64,000 nucleotides of DNA from an uncultured Gemmatimonadaceae bacterium (lineage in GTDB: Bacteria > Gemmatimonadota > Gemmatimonadetes > Gemmatimonadales > Gemmatimonadaceae). Every line of letters starts with the position of its first letter. The first letter of the stretch is position 1. The translations under genes and the position numbers were made by a program. The notes below the pieces were generated by a model, which saw nothing but the letters and a program-made list of their open reading frames with translations, had not been told where the DNA came from and ran no database searches. The stretch is taken from the NCBI GenBank assembly GCA_963822945.1, contig CAWGJO010000020.1:256001-320000 (forward strand), written 5' to 3'. Positions 63,374-64,000 of this stretch are shown here, one piece after another.

Positions 63374-64000
63374 CCACCGACAGCGTAGCCGGGAGAATCA
63401 CACCCACGTCGCCGGCGCTCGAGACGATCTCCGGCCGGCCCGTGGTTCTGACGTACTCCAACGTCGCGGCCGAGTATGGCGCGCTGCGCCAGCGGGCCGG
63501 CGTGGTCGATCGCAGCCAGCGCGTGCGGATCCGGCTGTCGGGACCGAAGGCCGCGGAGATGATCGCCGGCCTGGTCACGAACGACACGCAGGCACTCGAG
63601 GCGGGCCAGGGCCAGTACGCCGCCGCGCTCTCGCCCAAGGGCAAGGTCGTCGCCGACGTTCGCATCTTCGTGCAGGAGGACGGCGTGCTCACCGACACCG
63701 GCGCGCGCGCGGGTGAAGGGTGGCGCACGATGGTGAAGAAGTACGTCAACCCGCGTGTCGCGCCGCATGTCGACGAATCGGACACCACGCGGTCGCTCGG
63801 CGTCTTCGGTCCCACGGCACATCACGTGGTCGAAGCGATGACCGGCGTCAACGCGAGCGCGTTGGCCATCCTGCCTCCGTATGCGCACGTGCGCGTGGAG
63901 ATGGACGGCTCGATGCTGACCGTGGCGCGCACCCCCGAGCTGGTGGTGCAGGGATTCGAGTTCTTCCTGCCGGCGGCGATGTTCGACGACGTGTGGCAGC
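63370..64000 (+). CDS. GcvT/YgfZ family folate-binding protein, 3'-truncated by window edge
   Basis: EYGALRQRAGVVDRS, LSGPKA, GLVTND, LSPKGKVVAD. Confidence 0.85.
   Translation, partial: MTTDSVAGRITPTSPALETISGRPVVLTYSNVAAEYGALRQRAGVVDRSQRVRIRLSGPKAAEMIAGLVTNDTQALEAGQGQYAAALSPKGKVVADVRIFVQEDGVLTDTGARAGEGWRTMVKKYVNPRVAPHVDESDTTRSLGVFGPTAHHVVEAMTGVNASALAILPPYAHVRVEMDGSMLTVARTPELVVQGFEFFLPAAMFDDVWQ

Overview
High-GC bacterial chromosome segment made almost entirely of housekeeping genes. Gene content and order suggest Gemmatimonadota (inference). Main blocks are: a sigma-54 activator, Omp85-like and DUF4390-like genes; a PBP1A-amidohydrolase-ilvE-HNH run; tyrS; an msbA-lpxL-like/permease/aminotransferase operon; a truncated DnaB paralogue with a TPR/CsgG-like lipoprotein and a beta-barrel gene; yebC-ruvC-ruvA-aminotransferase-ruvB-queA-tgt-yajC-def-fmt-rsmB-PASTA-rpe-TlpA-YbbR-like-tsaD-lgt; a di-haem FTR1 permease; a TamA/TamB-DAG kinase-response regulator-zinc finger-peptidase run; peptide ABC genes; a Ser/Thr kinase, a PduO-type adenosyltransferase, aroB, a sigma-70 factor and glcDEF. 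I found no rRNA, tRNA, CRISPR array or transposase. About eleven genes carry frameshifts that are most likely read or assembly indels. The most unusual non-coding signal is a set of intergenic short tandem-repeat arrays. One is a roughly 450-bp nested inverted element between ruvB and queA whose arm and inner flank recur, inverted, 32 kb away, and three array loci share an 8-bp CG-periodic lattice. Many genes also have a -10-like hexamer 6-10 nt before the start codon with no Shine-Dalgarno, suggesting leaderless expression, including a candidate 59-aa uORF coupled to msbA.
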